DNA from: Bacillus subtilis subsp. subtilis str. 168
GTDB taxonomy: Bacteria > Bacillota > Bacilli > Bacillales > Bacillaceae
Direction of reading: 5' to 3'
NCBI RefSeq assembly: GCF_000009045.1
Contig: NC_000964.3
Coordinates: forward strand, 1,560,001 to 1,592,000
Length of the DNA stretch: 32,000 bases
In this document: positions 9,229 through 18,375 of the stretch, piece by piece
Layout of the letters: every line of letters begins with the position of its first letter
Position numbering within the stretch: position 1 is the first letter of the stretch
The notes under the pieces: model-generated
Database searches by the model: none
Told to the model about the DNA's origin: nothing
What the model saw: only the letters and a program-made list of their open reading frames with translations
Translations under genes and position numbers: made by a program

Positions 9229-9239
9229 TCCTTCTATTC

Positions 9240-9518
9240 CTTAATATGTTAAGGAGAAGGCAAAGGGAGAGGAGAAACCGGAGGAAGAACTTATGGGGAA
9301 ACGTAAGTCTTCTCCGCGGTTGGCAACAACATCCTCTAGATGCTGTTGCTTATAGTATGGACAAGGATCATGCTGCCTATACACCTGTTTATCAAGATTA
9401 GCGTTCATTGTTTGGAAGAATGCTTTATGTTAAGATAGGATTGATTTTTTTCTATGTACATAGCGGCGTCCGGCCGAATAAAGAAACAAAATAGCTTTTA
9501 GAAAAAGTGGTGTGGAAC
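9240..9518 (+). promoter_or_regulatory. structured 5' leader of rsmD-coaD (region of the orphan ylbH-leader RNA motif); boundaries uncertain
   Basis: 322-nt non-coding gap containing a polypurine SD-like tract (9250-9289), hairpins at 9279-9316, 9323-9349 and 9400-9424, and a 12-bp palindrome at 9452-9463. A conserved ylbH leader is described for this locus in Rfam (recalled). Confidence 0.55.
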
Positions 9519-10573
<1,055 letters not shown>

Positions 10574-10586
<13 letters not shown>

Positions 10587-11800
10587 GTTCCGTTTGTCAG
10601 TCTGTAAGAAAAAATGATAATGTACGTAAACAGCGCGCATAGTGTGACAGCAGGTCCGATCTGCACAAGCAGATTCCAGCCGTTTATAAAGGCAGTTGAC
10701 ATGTCACTGCTGTTAAGAGATTTAAATACATACTGATACGGATCATGCCATGCTGTGTAAAGAGGTTTCCATAAAAGCATGACGAAGACAGCGGCATAAA
10801 CGCCCTGCAGCAAACGTGCGATAAAGAATGGTTTAAATCTAATGTCGGTTTCCGATAAAATACCTGCCACCTGAGCTTGTACGGAAAAGCCGCTAAACCC
10901 AAGAATAAAGCTGACGATAATGGCTTTTTGCAGAAGAGAAACATCTGTCTCGCTGACAAGCTTGCTGCCTAATGTAATTTCAAACATCCCTGATAAAAGC
11001 GGAATGTCCAATTGAGTCGGAAGCTGAAACAAAGTCAGTGCTCCTTTTGTGAAAACAGACAAAACATCAGTCAGCTGGACCACTGACAACAGCCGATTGA
11101 AGACAGAAAATAAAATAATAAAGCCGCCTACCATAAGAAGCGTTTGAACAGAAGACGTCACGGCGTCGCCTAAAATTTTACCTAAGGGCCGTTTTTCTGC
11201 AAGTCTGGCGGTATGAAGAGCGTGTAAAGCATCTTTGACTGAAGGGAAAGGTATCGTTTTCTTTCTTCTGAGATGCTGCTCTTCCTTGCGGCCATAGGAG
11301 CGCATTGTTAAACCGACGGCAAGATTCCCCAAATAGTGTGCAGAAGCTAATAAAATGCCTAGTGATGCGTTTTGAAAGAAACCGACGGCAACAGCGCCGA
11401 AAATAAAGAGCGGGTTTGAAGAATTGGTAAACGACGCGAGCCGTTCTGCCTCTACTCTTGAAATCTGATTTTCCTGCCGCAGACGGGCAGTGAGTTTTGC
11501 GCCCGCTGGGTTTCCTGATGCCATTCCCATAGCAAGAACGAAGCCGCCGACACCCGGCACGCGAAAGATCGGCCGCATAAAAGGCTCAAGCAAAACACCG
11601 ACAAACCGCACAATGCCAAAGCCGATTAAGAGTTCGGACAGAATAAAAAATGGCAGCAATGACGGAAACACAACCTCCCACCACATAGACAGCCCGGTTT
11701 TAGAGGCTTCGAATGAGGCCTGTGGATGTGAGATGACAGTCGCTGTTAAAAAAAGAAAAAACGAGGCAATCAAAAGTGTATTAATCTTCGACAAGTTCAT
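10574..11800 (-). CDS. ylbJ: sporulation integral membrane protein YlbJ (nucleoside-recognition/Gate-domain family)
   Basis: About 10 TM segments. ATG 11800 is preceded on the minus strand by GGGGAGGTAAGA. 408 aa. The track's start at 11845 lacks an SD. Confidence 0.88.
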
Positions 11801-11853
11801 TCTTACCTCCCCGATGCTAAAAATGCCCAATGACATGTATATCATGATAAAAT

Positions 11854-11861
11854 AATGTATG
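11854..11861 (-). promoter_or_regulatory. candidate sigma-E type -10 element upstream of ylbJ
   Basis: The minus strand reads CATACATT, an exact match to the recalled sigma-E -10 consensus CATACAnT, 54 nt upstream of the start. The -35 region (GTACTGCT) is a poor match. Confidence 0.35.
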
Positions 11862-11980
11862 ATGTAAAACGGCCAAGCAGTACCTGTCCTCTTGATTCTT
11901 TGTACTAATATACGAGCATAGGGGTTCAGTTTAGACCATAGAATTCGGTATACAGGGAATTCAGGCAGGAGGTTAACGCT

Positions 11981-12763
11981 TTGGCCAAACCTAAAATCGG
12001 GTTAGCGTTAGGATCGGGAGGGGCCAGAGGGCTTGCTCATCTCGGTGTGCTTTCCAGTTTACATAAGCACCAAATTGAAGTGGATATGATTGCAGGAAGC
12101 AGCATGGGCGCTTTGGTGGGCAGTTTTTACGCCGCCGGACATGACGTGGCAACGATGAAAAAAGTAGCCAAAGCCTTTAAACGAAGGCTTTATGCTGATT
12201 ATACGGTGCCGAAACTCGGTTTTTTAAAAGGTGACCGCGTCAGACAGCTTGTGCATGCTTATACATTCGGAAAACCGATTGAAGAGCTCCAAATCCCGCT
12301 GGGCATTGTTGCGTGTGATCTACAGACGGGAGAAAAGATTGTGTTCCGAAAAGGATCAGTGTCAGATGCAGTGAGGGCCAGCATCAGCATCCCGGGTATC
12401 TTTATTCCGCAGCGGCTGGACGGACGCCTTCTTGTAGACGGCGCGGTCGTCGATCGAATTCCGGTTTCTGTTGTGAAAGACATGGGAGCTGATATTATCA
12501 TCGCTTCGGATGTTTCCAGGGTTCGAAAAACTGAAACAGCAGTGCATATTTTTGATGTGATTATGCAAAGTATGGATATACTGCAAAATGAATTAGTGCG
12601 GCATCAAACAATTGCCGCAGATATCATGATTCGCCCTTCCCTTGAAACATACAGCTCAAGCTCGTTTGCCAATATTGAAGAAATGATATCGGCAGGCGAA
12701 GAGGCGACAAACCGAATGATCAGCAAGATAAGAAAAGAAATAGAGAATTGGGAGGGCTCATAA
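11981..12763 (+). CDS. ylbK: patatin-like phospholipase family protein
   Basis: GSGGARG oxyanion motif, GSSMG nucleophile elbow (GxSxG), and LVDGA Asp of the Ser-Asp dyad. TTG start 8 nt after GGAGG. 260 aa. Confidence 0.9.
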   Translation: MAKPKIGLALGSGGARGLAHLGVLSSLHKHQIEVDMIAGSSMGALVGSFYAAGHDVATMKKVAKAFKRRLYADYTVPKLGFLKGDRVRQLVHAYTFGKPIEELQIPLGIVACDLQTGEKIVFRKGSVSDAVRASISIPGIFIPQRLDGRLLVDGAVVDRIPVSVVKDMGADIIIASDVSRVRKTETAVHIFDVIMQSMDILQNELVRHQTIAADIMIRPSLETYSSSSFANIEEMISAGEEATNRMISKIRKEIENWEGS

Positions 12764-12764
12764 T

Positions 12765-13790
12765 TTGCTACGTAAAAAACATTTTAGCTGGATGCTCGTC
12801 ATCCTCATACTGATCGCCGTTTTATCATTTATAAAACTTCCATACTATATTACAAAACCGGGAGAAGCGACAGAGCTTGCTTCATTGATAAAAGTGGAGG
12901 GAGGCTACCCGGAAAAAGGAAGTCTGTCCTTAATGACTGTTAAAGTGGGACCGGCTAATCCATTTACATATGTGTGGGCAAAGATGCACCCTTATTATGA
13001 AATTGTTCCTGATGAGAGCATTAAGGAGGAAGGCGAATCAGATAAGGAGTATATGAAAAGACAGCTCCAAATGATGAAAAGCTCGCAAGAAAATGCGGTT
13101 ATAGCCGCCTATCAAAAGGCAGGAAAAAAAGTCAGCTATTCCTTTAACGGCATATACGCAAGCTCAGTTGTAGAAAACATGCCGGCAAAAGGGAAAATAG
13201 AAGTCGGTGATAAAATCATCAGCGCAGACGGCAAAAACTATCAGTCTGCTGAAAAGCTGATTGATTATATCAGCAGCAAAAAAGCGGGAGATAAAGTCAC
13301 GTTAAAGATCGAAAGAGAAGAAAAAGAAAAGCGTGTCACCCTTACGTTAAAACAATTTCCTGATGAGCCGGATCGGGCAGGAATCGGAGTTTCGCTTTAT
13401 ACAGACAGAAACGTGAAGGTAGAGCCTGATATTGATTTTGAAATCGAAAATATTGGCGGCCCGTCAGCAGGGTTAATGATGTCCCTTGAAATCTATAATC
13501 AGCTGACAAAACCAGACGAAACAAAAGGCTACGATATTGCGGGAACAGGTACGATTGATGTTGACGGAAAAGTAGGCCCGATCGGCGGCATTGATCAAAA
13601 AGTCGTCGCCGCAGACAAAGCCGGAAAAGACATTTTCTTCGCGCCAAATCAAAACGGCGCCAGCAATTCCGATTATAAGAACGCAGTAAAAACAGCAAAA
13701 GATATTGATTCAAATATGAAGATTGTGCCTGTTGATACCATGCAGGATGCGATTGATTATTTGAATAAGCTGAAAGCGAAAAGCACCTGA
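12765..13790 (+). CDS. ylbL: membrane-anchored PDZ + Lon-like (S16) serine protease YlbL/DdcP
   Basis: N-terminal TM, PDZ ([14 protein letters not shown]), Lon catalytic GGPSAG and GGIDQK lysine. TTG start 1 nt after the ylbK stop. SD GGAGG 12751-12755. 341 aa. Confidence 0.9.
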
Positions 13791-13806
13791 TTCTCAGGTG
13801 CTTTTT
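13779..13806. terminator. bidirectional terminator between convergent ylbL and ylbM
   Basis: GCACCTGA / TCAGGTGC perfect 8-bp stem, flanked by AAAA and TTTTT. Contains the ylbL stop and abuts the ylbM stop. Confidence 0.85.
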
Positions 13807-15054
13807 CTATACATTTAAAAAGTGTTGTTCATCTTCGTCATATCGAATCGGTGCATGTCCGTATTCCTGTAGGTCAAACTCAGTTCTCAGCGGCTCTTCT
13901 ATCGGCAGGCTGTAAATCCTGCTTGCTTTTACGTCCAGATCGAGAGCTGGATGGGAGAAAGAGGACAGTTTGCTGACAAGCGGAACAGACAGTGCTTTTT
14001 TCTTTTCGGATAAATAAGCCTGTCCTTTTTTCGTCATGCCGAGAAGCCTGATATACGGCGCCTTATCGTTGTCAAGCAGCTTTTGCATATCCTGTTTTTT
14101 TGTTCTGGTTAAAATGTGTGTATTCATCCGCTGGAGCCTTGTCCACGTATAGCGTTTTGTTTTCAGCAGTTCCATAAATTCCTGATAGGAGCTGGATTTT
14201 CTGATCGAACGAATAATTCTGTGCTCTAAACCTTCCTCCACCTCGTATACTTGCTGTAATTCCCGTGCCGTTACAGTTGAAAGGCTGTATTTTAAGTAAG
14301 AAAAGTAGCTTTCAGGTGTATGCCACAATCCGAAAGATTTGCGGTAAGCTGCTAATTCACGTGCAGATGCAGCAGGGAGAAAACGAAGGCAGGCTTCGAG
14401 ATTCTGGCCAATCATCGCTTTTCTAATGCTTGTGGCACTTGCTATATGGTTTTCGCCTTCAGGGAGATCGGCATCATGATAGTCCGAAGAGATTCGTGCC
14501 GTAGTATAAGGTTTCATAGGATATCCCCCGGTTAGAATCGAGGTCACATACTGGTATCCCAAAATGTTATTTGGTTTTGACAAGTCAAGTGCACTTTCAG
14601 TATGCAAAATGGAGCTGAAGGCGATAGCCGCCGCTGCTGGGTAACTGGCCCCCTTTTTAAGTTCTTCTTTAATTCGGTCATTCAATATATGTTTATGCTC
14701 ATCAATAAGCTGTGCTGTTTCTAAAAAAGGCTTGATATCCCCATTTTCACTCCCGAAAAACAGCGCCTCACATTCAAGTTCGTTCAGGATGGAAACACTG
14801 CCGCGTGCAAAAATGTCTGCTTTTTGCACGGCATAAAGATAAGGCAGCTCAATGACAAGATCAACTCCGCTTTGCAGCGCCATTTTTGTTCGGGCCCATT
14901 TTGATACAACAGCGGGTTCCCCGCGCTGTAAAAAATGTCCGCTCATGACCGCGACAGCCGTGTCACATCCGGTTTGCAGCTTTGCTGTTTGGGCATGATA
15001 AAGGTGACCGTTATGAAAGGGATTATATTCAACCACCAATCCGACAGCTTTCAT
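13807..15054 (-). CDS. ylbM: tRNA(Met) cytidine acetate ligase TmcAL (UPF0348/YlbM family nucleotidyltransferase)
   Basis: 415 aa. N-terminal EYNPFHNGH (HxGH) motif. The track start is kept. Confidence 0.9.
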   Translation of the reverse strand: MKAVGLVVEYNPFHNGHLYHAQTAKLQTGCDTAVAVMSGHFLQRGEPAVVSKWARTKMALQSGVDLVIELPYLYAVQKADIFARGSVSILNELECEALFFGSENGDIKPFLETAQLIDEHKHILNDRIKEELKKGASYPAAAAIAFSSILHTESALDLSKPNNILGYQYVTSILTGGYPMKPYTTARISSDYHDADLPEGENHIASATSIRKAMIGQNLEACLRFLPAASARELAAYRKSFGLWHTPESYFSYLKYSLSTVTARELQQVYEVEEGLEHRIIRSIRKSSSYQEFMELLKTKRYTWTRLQRMNTHILTRTKKQDMQKLLDNDKAPYIRLLGMTKKGQAYLSEKKKALSVPLVSKLSSFSHPALDLDVKASRIYSLPIEEPLRTEFDLQEYGHAPIRYDEDEQHFLNV

Positions 15055-15135
15055 ATTTTTTCCGCCTTTCTTGCTATGTTTAAAAACGTATGGTACATTT
15101 GCAAATGAAAACTCTTACGCCTTATTTTTGTTTTA

Positions 15136-15164
15136 AGTGTATGCATAGCATATTCCGCTGTCAA
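15136..15164 (-). promoter_or_regulatory. candidate sigma-A promoter for ylbM
   Basis: Minus strand reads TTGACA (15164-15159), 17 bp spacer, TACACT (15141-15136). Confidence 0.3.
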
Positions 15165-15204
15165 CGATACTTCAATGGCAGCATTATGCTGTAAAGAAAA
15201 AATA

Positions 15205-15233
15205 TTGACAAAAACAATCTTAAAAGCTATAAT
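15205..15233 (+). promoter_or_regulatory. sigma-A promoter of ylbN-rpmF
   Basis: Perfect TTGACA (15205-15210), 17 bp spacer, perfect TATAAT (15228-15233). An A-rich tract (AAAGAAAAAATA) lies just upstream. Confidence 0.8.
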
Positions 15234-15263
15234 CATGTTTGTTGCTTTCCTGAGGTGATACAA

Positions 15264-15782
15264 ATGAAATGGACGATTTATCAGCTGCATCAAATGCCAA
15301 AACAAAGTTTTGAGTTTGATGAAACAGTTGAGTTAAATGAGCTGACAAAGCTGAATTCTGACATTCGCCGCATTTCTCCCGTTCGGGTGAAGGGCAGAGC
15401 GGATATCAAATCCAAACAGGTTTCGTTTGATTTTACAATTTCAGGCGAAATGCTTTTGCCATGCTCAAGAACACTCGTTGATGTTCCGTATCCATTTGAA
15501 ATTTCAACAAAAGAACTGTTTATATTTCATCACACGGATGATATAGAAGATGATGACGTTCACATTGTTGAGGACGATACTATCGACATAACTCCGATCG
15601 TGAAAGAAGAAATTCTTTTAGAAATCCCTATGCAAATCTTTTGTGAATCTGAACAAGAAAAAGGAGCTGCTCCTCAAGAAGGAAAGGATTGGCAAGTCAT
15701 TTCGGAAGAAGACAAGAAGAATCAAGTTGATCCGAGACTTGCAGCCCTTGAAAAGCTCTTAAAACAAGATGATGAATCTTAA
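15264..15782 (+). CDS. ylbN: DUF177/YceD-family protein (ribosome large-subunit-associated)
   Basis: ATG 15264 lies 8 nt after GAGGTGAT. 172 aa, acidic. The yceD-rpmF gene pair is conserved. Confidence 0.88.
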   Translation: MKWTIYQLHQMPKQSFEFDETVELNELTKLNSDIRRISPVRVKGRADIKSKQVSFDFTISGEMLLPCSRTLVDVPYPFEISTKELFIFHHTDDIEDDDVHIVEDDTIDITPIVKEEILLEIPMQIFCESEQEKGAAPQEGKDWQVISEEDKKNQVDPRLAALEKLLKQDDES

Positions 15783-15983
<201 letters not shown>

Positions 15984-15987
15984 TGAG

Positions 15988-16018
15988 AAAAGCGCAGGGT
16001 GAAAGCCCTGCGCTTTTT
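15988..16018 (+). terminator. intrinsic terminator after rpmF
   Basis: GCGCAGGG / CCCTGCGC 8-bp GC-rich stem, followed by TTTTT. Confidence 0.9.
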
Positions 16019-16128
16019 CTTTTTCTCTTCCTGTCAGCTTGCGGAAAATTTGTGAGTGCAAATAGTCTATCTAATCTATTACCGGCATATGTATGAGATA
16101 AATAAGCTGACATGGAGGGAGATTGAAT

Positions 16129-16710
16129 TTGACCATTACAAGACAAGATGCTTGGACTCAGGATGAGGATTTGCTGCTGGCAGAAGTGGTGCTTCGTCAT
16201 ATTCGAGAGGGAGGAACACAGCTTTCAGCCTTTGAGGAGGTTGGAAGGGCGCTGACCAGAACCGCGGCAGCCTGTGGTTTCAGGTGGAACTCGTATGTGA
16301 GAAAACAATACCAGTCAGGTATAGAGCTTGCAAAAAAGCAAAGGAAAGAACTGAGAAAGCAAATCGGCGTTCATTCGGTCAATATGCCGAATTCCATGAA
16401 GCAGACTGCCTCGGCATCGTCAGAAGGAAAACGAGATTTGTCCATTCAGGATGTCATTCAATTTCTCGAACAATTCAAAGAAACACCGTCTGCACAAGAA
16501 TTTCAGCTTGAAAGGGAAAAATTGAAGGAGCAAATCCAATCGCTGCAAAAAGAGCTTGAGGATTTGCGGAGTGAAAATCAGACATTGCGGAATCAGCTAG
16601 AGATGACAGAAGAGGATTACAAGGCACTGATCGATATCATGGATCGGGCCAGAAAAATGGTTGTTTCGAAGGAAGACGGAAGAATGAAAAAAGCGGCTCA
16701 AGAAACGTAA
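16129..16710 (+). CDS. gerR: RsfA-family (Myb/SANT-like) sporulation transcription regulator GerR
   Basis: [31 protein letters not shown]...[10 protein letters not shown] Myb-like domain plus a C-terminal coiled coil. I prefer TTG 16129 (193 aa, recalled). TTG 16123 is an in-frame alternative. Confidence 0.85.
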   Translation: MTITRQDAWTQDEDLLLAEVVLRHIREGGTQLSAFEEVGRALTRTAAACGFRWNSYVRKQYQSGIELAKKQRKELRKQIGVHSVNMPNSMKQTASASSEGKRDLSIQDVIQFLEQFKETPSAQEFQLEREKLKEQIQSLQKELEDLRSENQTLRNQLEMTEEDYKALIDIMDRARKMVVSKEDGRMKKAAQET

Positions 16711-16726
16711 AGAAACGCCTGAAATG

Positions 16727-16766
16727 AACCGGCCCTATAGTAAGAATAGGCCGGTTGTTTTGATTT
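16727..16766 (+). terminator. intrinsic terminator after gerR (abuts the ylbP stop)
   Basis: AACCGGCC / GGCCGGTT 8-bp stem, followed by GTTTTGATTT. Confidence 0.8.
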
Positions 16767-17249
16767 CTATGCAGACTCTCCCGGTGTCATTTCGCGATCC
16801 ATATCAGGATGCCAGATGAGCGGGTTTTCCCCTTTGTCCCGCGCCATATCATACTTAACAGTTTTAAAGTTCATTTTGTTCCAAAATTCCGCTGATTTCA
16901 TTCTCGGATTTGTCCGGATCGGCATTTTGAATGATTTTGCAAATTCAACCAAGGCTCTCCCGTATCCCCTGTTCTGGTAGCCCGGAAGAACCTCAAGCTT
17001 CCACAGCTCCAAATAATCCTGGCGGTTGTCAAAATAGGGATTCGATTTGCCGTTAACTTGATACAGACTCATTCGTGCTACAAGTTTATCGCCAAAATAA
17101 ATCCCGTAAAAAGGCGAGGTGCTGTCATTTTCAATAATATTATCCTGAAGTTCTTCAAGCATTGAAAGCTCCTGAATGCCGTATTCTTTGAATTTCTTGA
17201 ATTCTTCCAGCGTTTTATAGTTGATAAGCAGACGTTCTACCTTTGTCAA
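16767..17249 (-). CDS. ylbP: GNAT-family N-acetyltransferase
   Basis: Acetyl-CoA motif QNRGYGRALVEFA. TTG 17249 is preceded by AAAGGGGGAG on the minus strand. 160 aa. Confidence 0.85.
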   Translation of the reverse strand: MTKVERLLINYKTLEEFKKFKEYGIQELSMLEELQDNIIENDSTSPFYGIYFGDKLVARMSLYQVNGKSNPYFDNRQDYLELWKLEVLPGYQNRGYGRALVEFAKSFKMPIRTNPRMKSAEFWNKMNFKTVKYDMARDKGENPLIWHPDMDREMTPGESA

Positions 17250-17408
17250 ACAAATCTCCCCCTTTGTTGTTTCTACATATATTGTAAACGCTTTATTTAA
17301 AAAATCCAAATATTTAAACTTTAATTTTAAGCACATGGGATCTTTGAGAAGTAATTTCTTCTTACTTCTGCTATGATAATACGTAAATGCTAAATTGGGT
17401 GTGACATC

Positions 17409-18305
17409 ATGAAAATTGGAATTATCGGCGGAGGCTCCGTTGGTCTTTTATGCGCCTATTATTTGTCACTTTATCACGACGTGACTGTTGTGACGAGGCG
17501 GCAAGAACAGGCTGCGGCCATTCAGTCTGAAGGAATCCGGCTTTATAAAGGCGGGGAGGAATTCAGGGCTGATTGCAGTGCGGACACGAGTATCAATTCG
17601 GACTTTGACCTGCTTGTCGTGACAGTGAAGCAGCATCAGCTTCAATCTGTTTTTTCGTCGCTTGAACGAATCGGGAAGACGAATATATTATTTTTGCAAA
17701 ACGGCATGGGGCATATCCACGACCTAAAAGACTGGCACGTTGGCCATTCCATTTATGTTGGAATCGTTGAGCACGGAGCTGTAAGAAAATCGGATACAGC
17801 TGTTGATCATACAGGCCTAGGTGCGATAAAATGGAGCGCGTTCGACGATGCTGAACCAGACCGGCTGAACATCTTGTTTCAGCATAACCATTCGGATTTT
17901 CCGATTTATTATGAGACGGATTGGTACCGTCTGCTGACGGGCAAGCTGATTGTAAATGCGTGTATTAATCCTTTAACTGCGTTATTGCAAGTGAAAAATG
18001 GAGAACTGCTGACAACGCCAGCTTATCTGGCTTTTATGAAGCTGGTATTTCAGGAGGCATGCCGCATTTTAAAACTTGAAAATGAAGAAAAGGCTTGGGA
18101 GCGGGTTCAGGCCGTTTGTGGGCAAACGAAAGAGAATCGTTCATCAATGCTGGTTGACGTCATTGGAGGCCGGCAGACGGAAGCTGACGCCATTATCGGA
18201 TACTTATTGAAGGAAGCAAGTCTTCAAGGTCTTGATGCCGTCCACCTAGAGTTTTTATATGGCAGCATCAAAGCATTGGAGCGAAATACAAACAAAGTCT
18301 TTTGA
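17409..18305 (+). CDS. panE: 2-dehydropantoate 2-reductase (ketopantoate reductase)
   Basis: N-terminal Rossmann IGIIGGGSVGLL. 298 aa ApbA/PanE architecture. Confidence 0.9.
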   Translation: MKIGIIGGGSVGLLCAYYLSLYHDVTVVTRRQEQAAAIQSEGIRLYKGGEEFRADCSADTSINSDFDLLVVTVKQHQLQSVFSSLERIGKTNILFLQNGMGHIHDLKDWHVGHSIYVGIVEHGAVRKSDTAVDHTGLGAIKWSAFDDAEPDRLNILFQHNHSDFPIYYETDWYRLLTGKLIVNACINPLTALLQVKNGELLTTPAYLAFMKLVFQEACRILKLENEEKAWERVQAVCGQTKENRSSMLVDVIGGRQTEADAIIGYLLKEASLQGLDAVHLEFLYGSIKALERNTNKVF

Positions 18306-18375
18306 GCTTTTTCGGTAACATGCTATACTCATTTCGGATCACTAACTATTTATTGGAGAAAGGAAGTTCTAGAAG

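Noticed and set aside
9156-9401. 81-aa ORF running from inside ylbG across the terminator hairpin into the rsmD leader.
   Set aside because: It starts within ylbG in another frame and spans a strong hairpin. It is Arg-rich because it reads through the polypurine tract, and it has no SD.
9507-9512. A single GTGGTG just upstream of the rsmD ATG, resembling the MraZ boxes.
   Set aside because: It is a single copy with no phased partners. More simply, it is the weak SD-like element of rsmD.
11490-11855. 121-aa plus-strand ORF inside ylbJ. Similar antisense ORFs occur inside ylbL (13342-13713), spoVD (24883-25457), murE (26635-27391), ctaD (1780-3178) and others.
   Set aside because: All lie opposite or out of frame within genes that carry strong family motifs. 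None has a credible SD or start context. They are typical frame shadows.
11981-13790. Patatin lipase plus protease as a possible CBASS-like or abortive-infection defence module.
   Set aside because: There is no adjacent cyclase, sensor or nuclease, the composition is not atypical, and no mobile-element signatures flank the pair. The pair sits in a conserved housekeeping and sporulation context, and YlbL has a described checkpoint-recovery role.
15051-15305. 84-aa minus-strand ORF covering the ylbM/ylbN intergenic region.
   Set aside because: It spans both divergent promoters and overlaps the 5' ends of two real genes. It has no SD.
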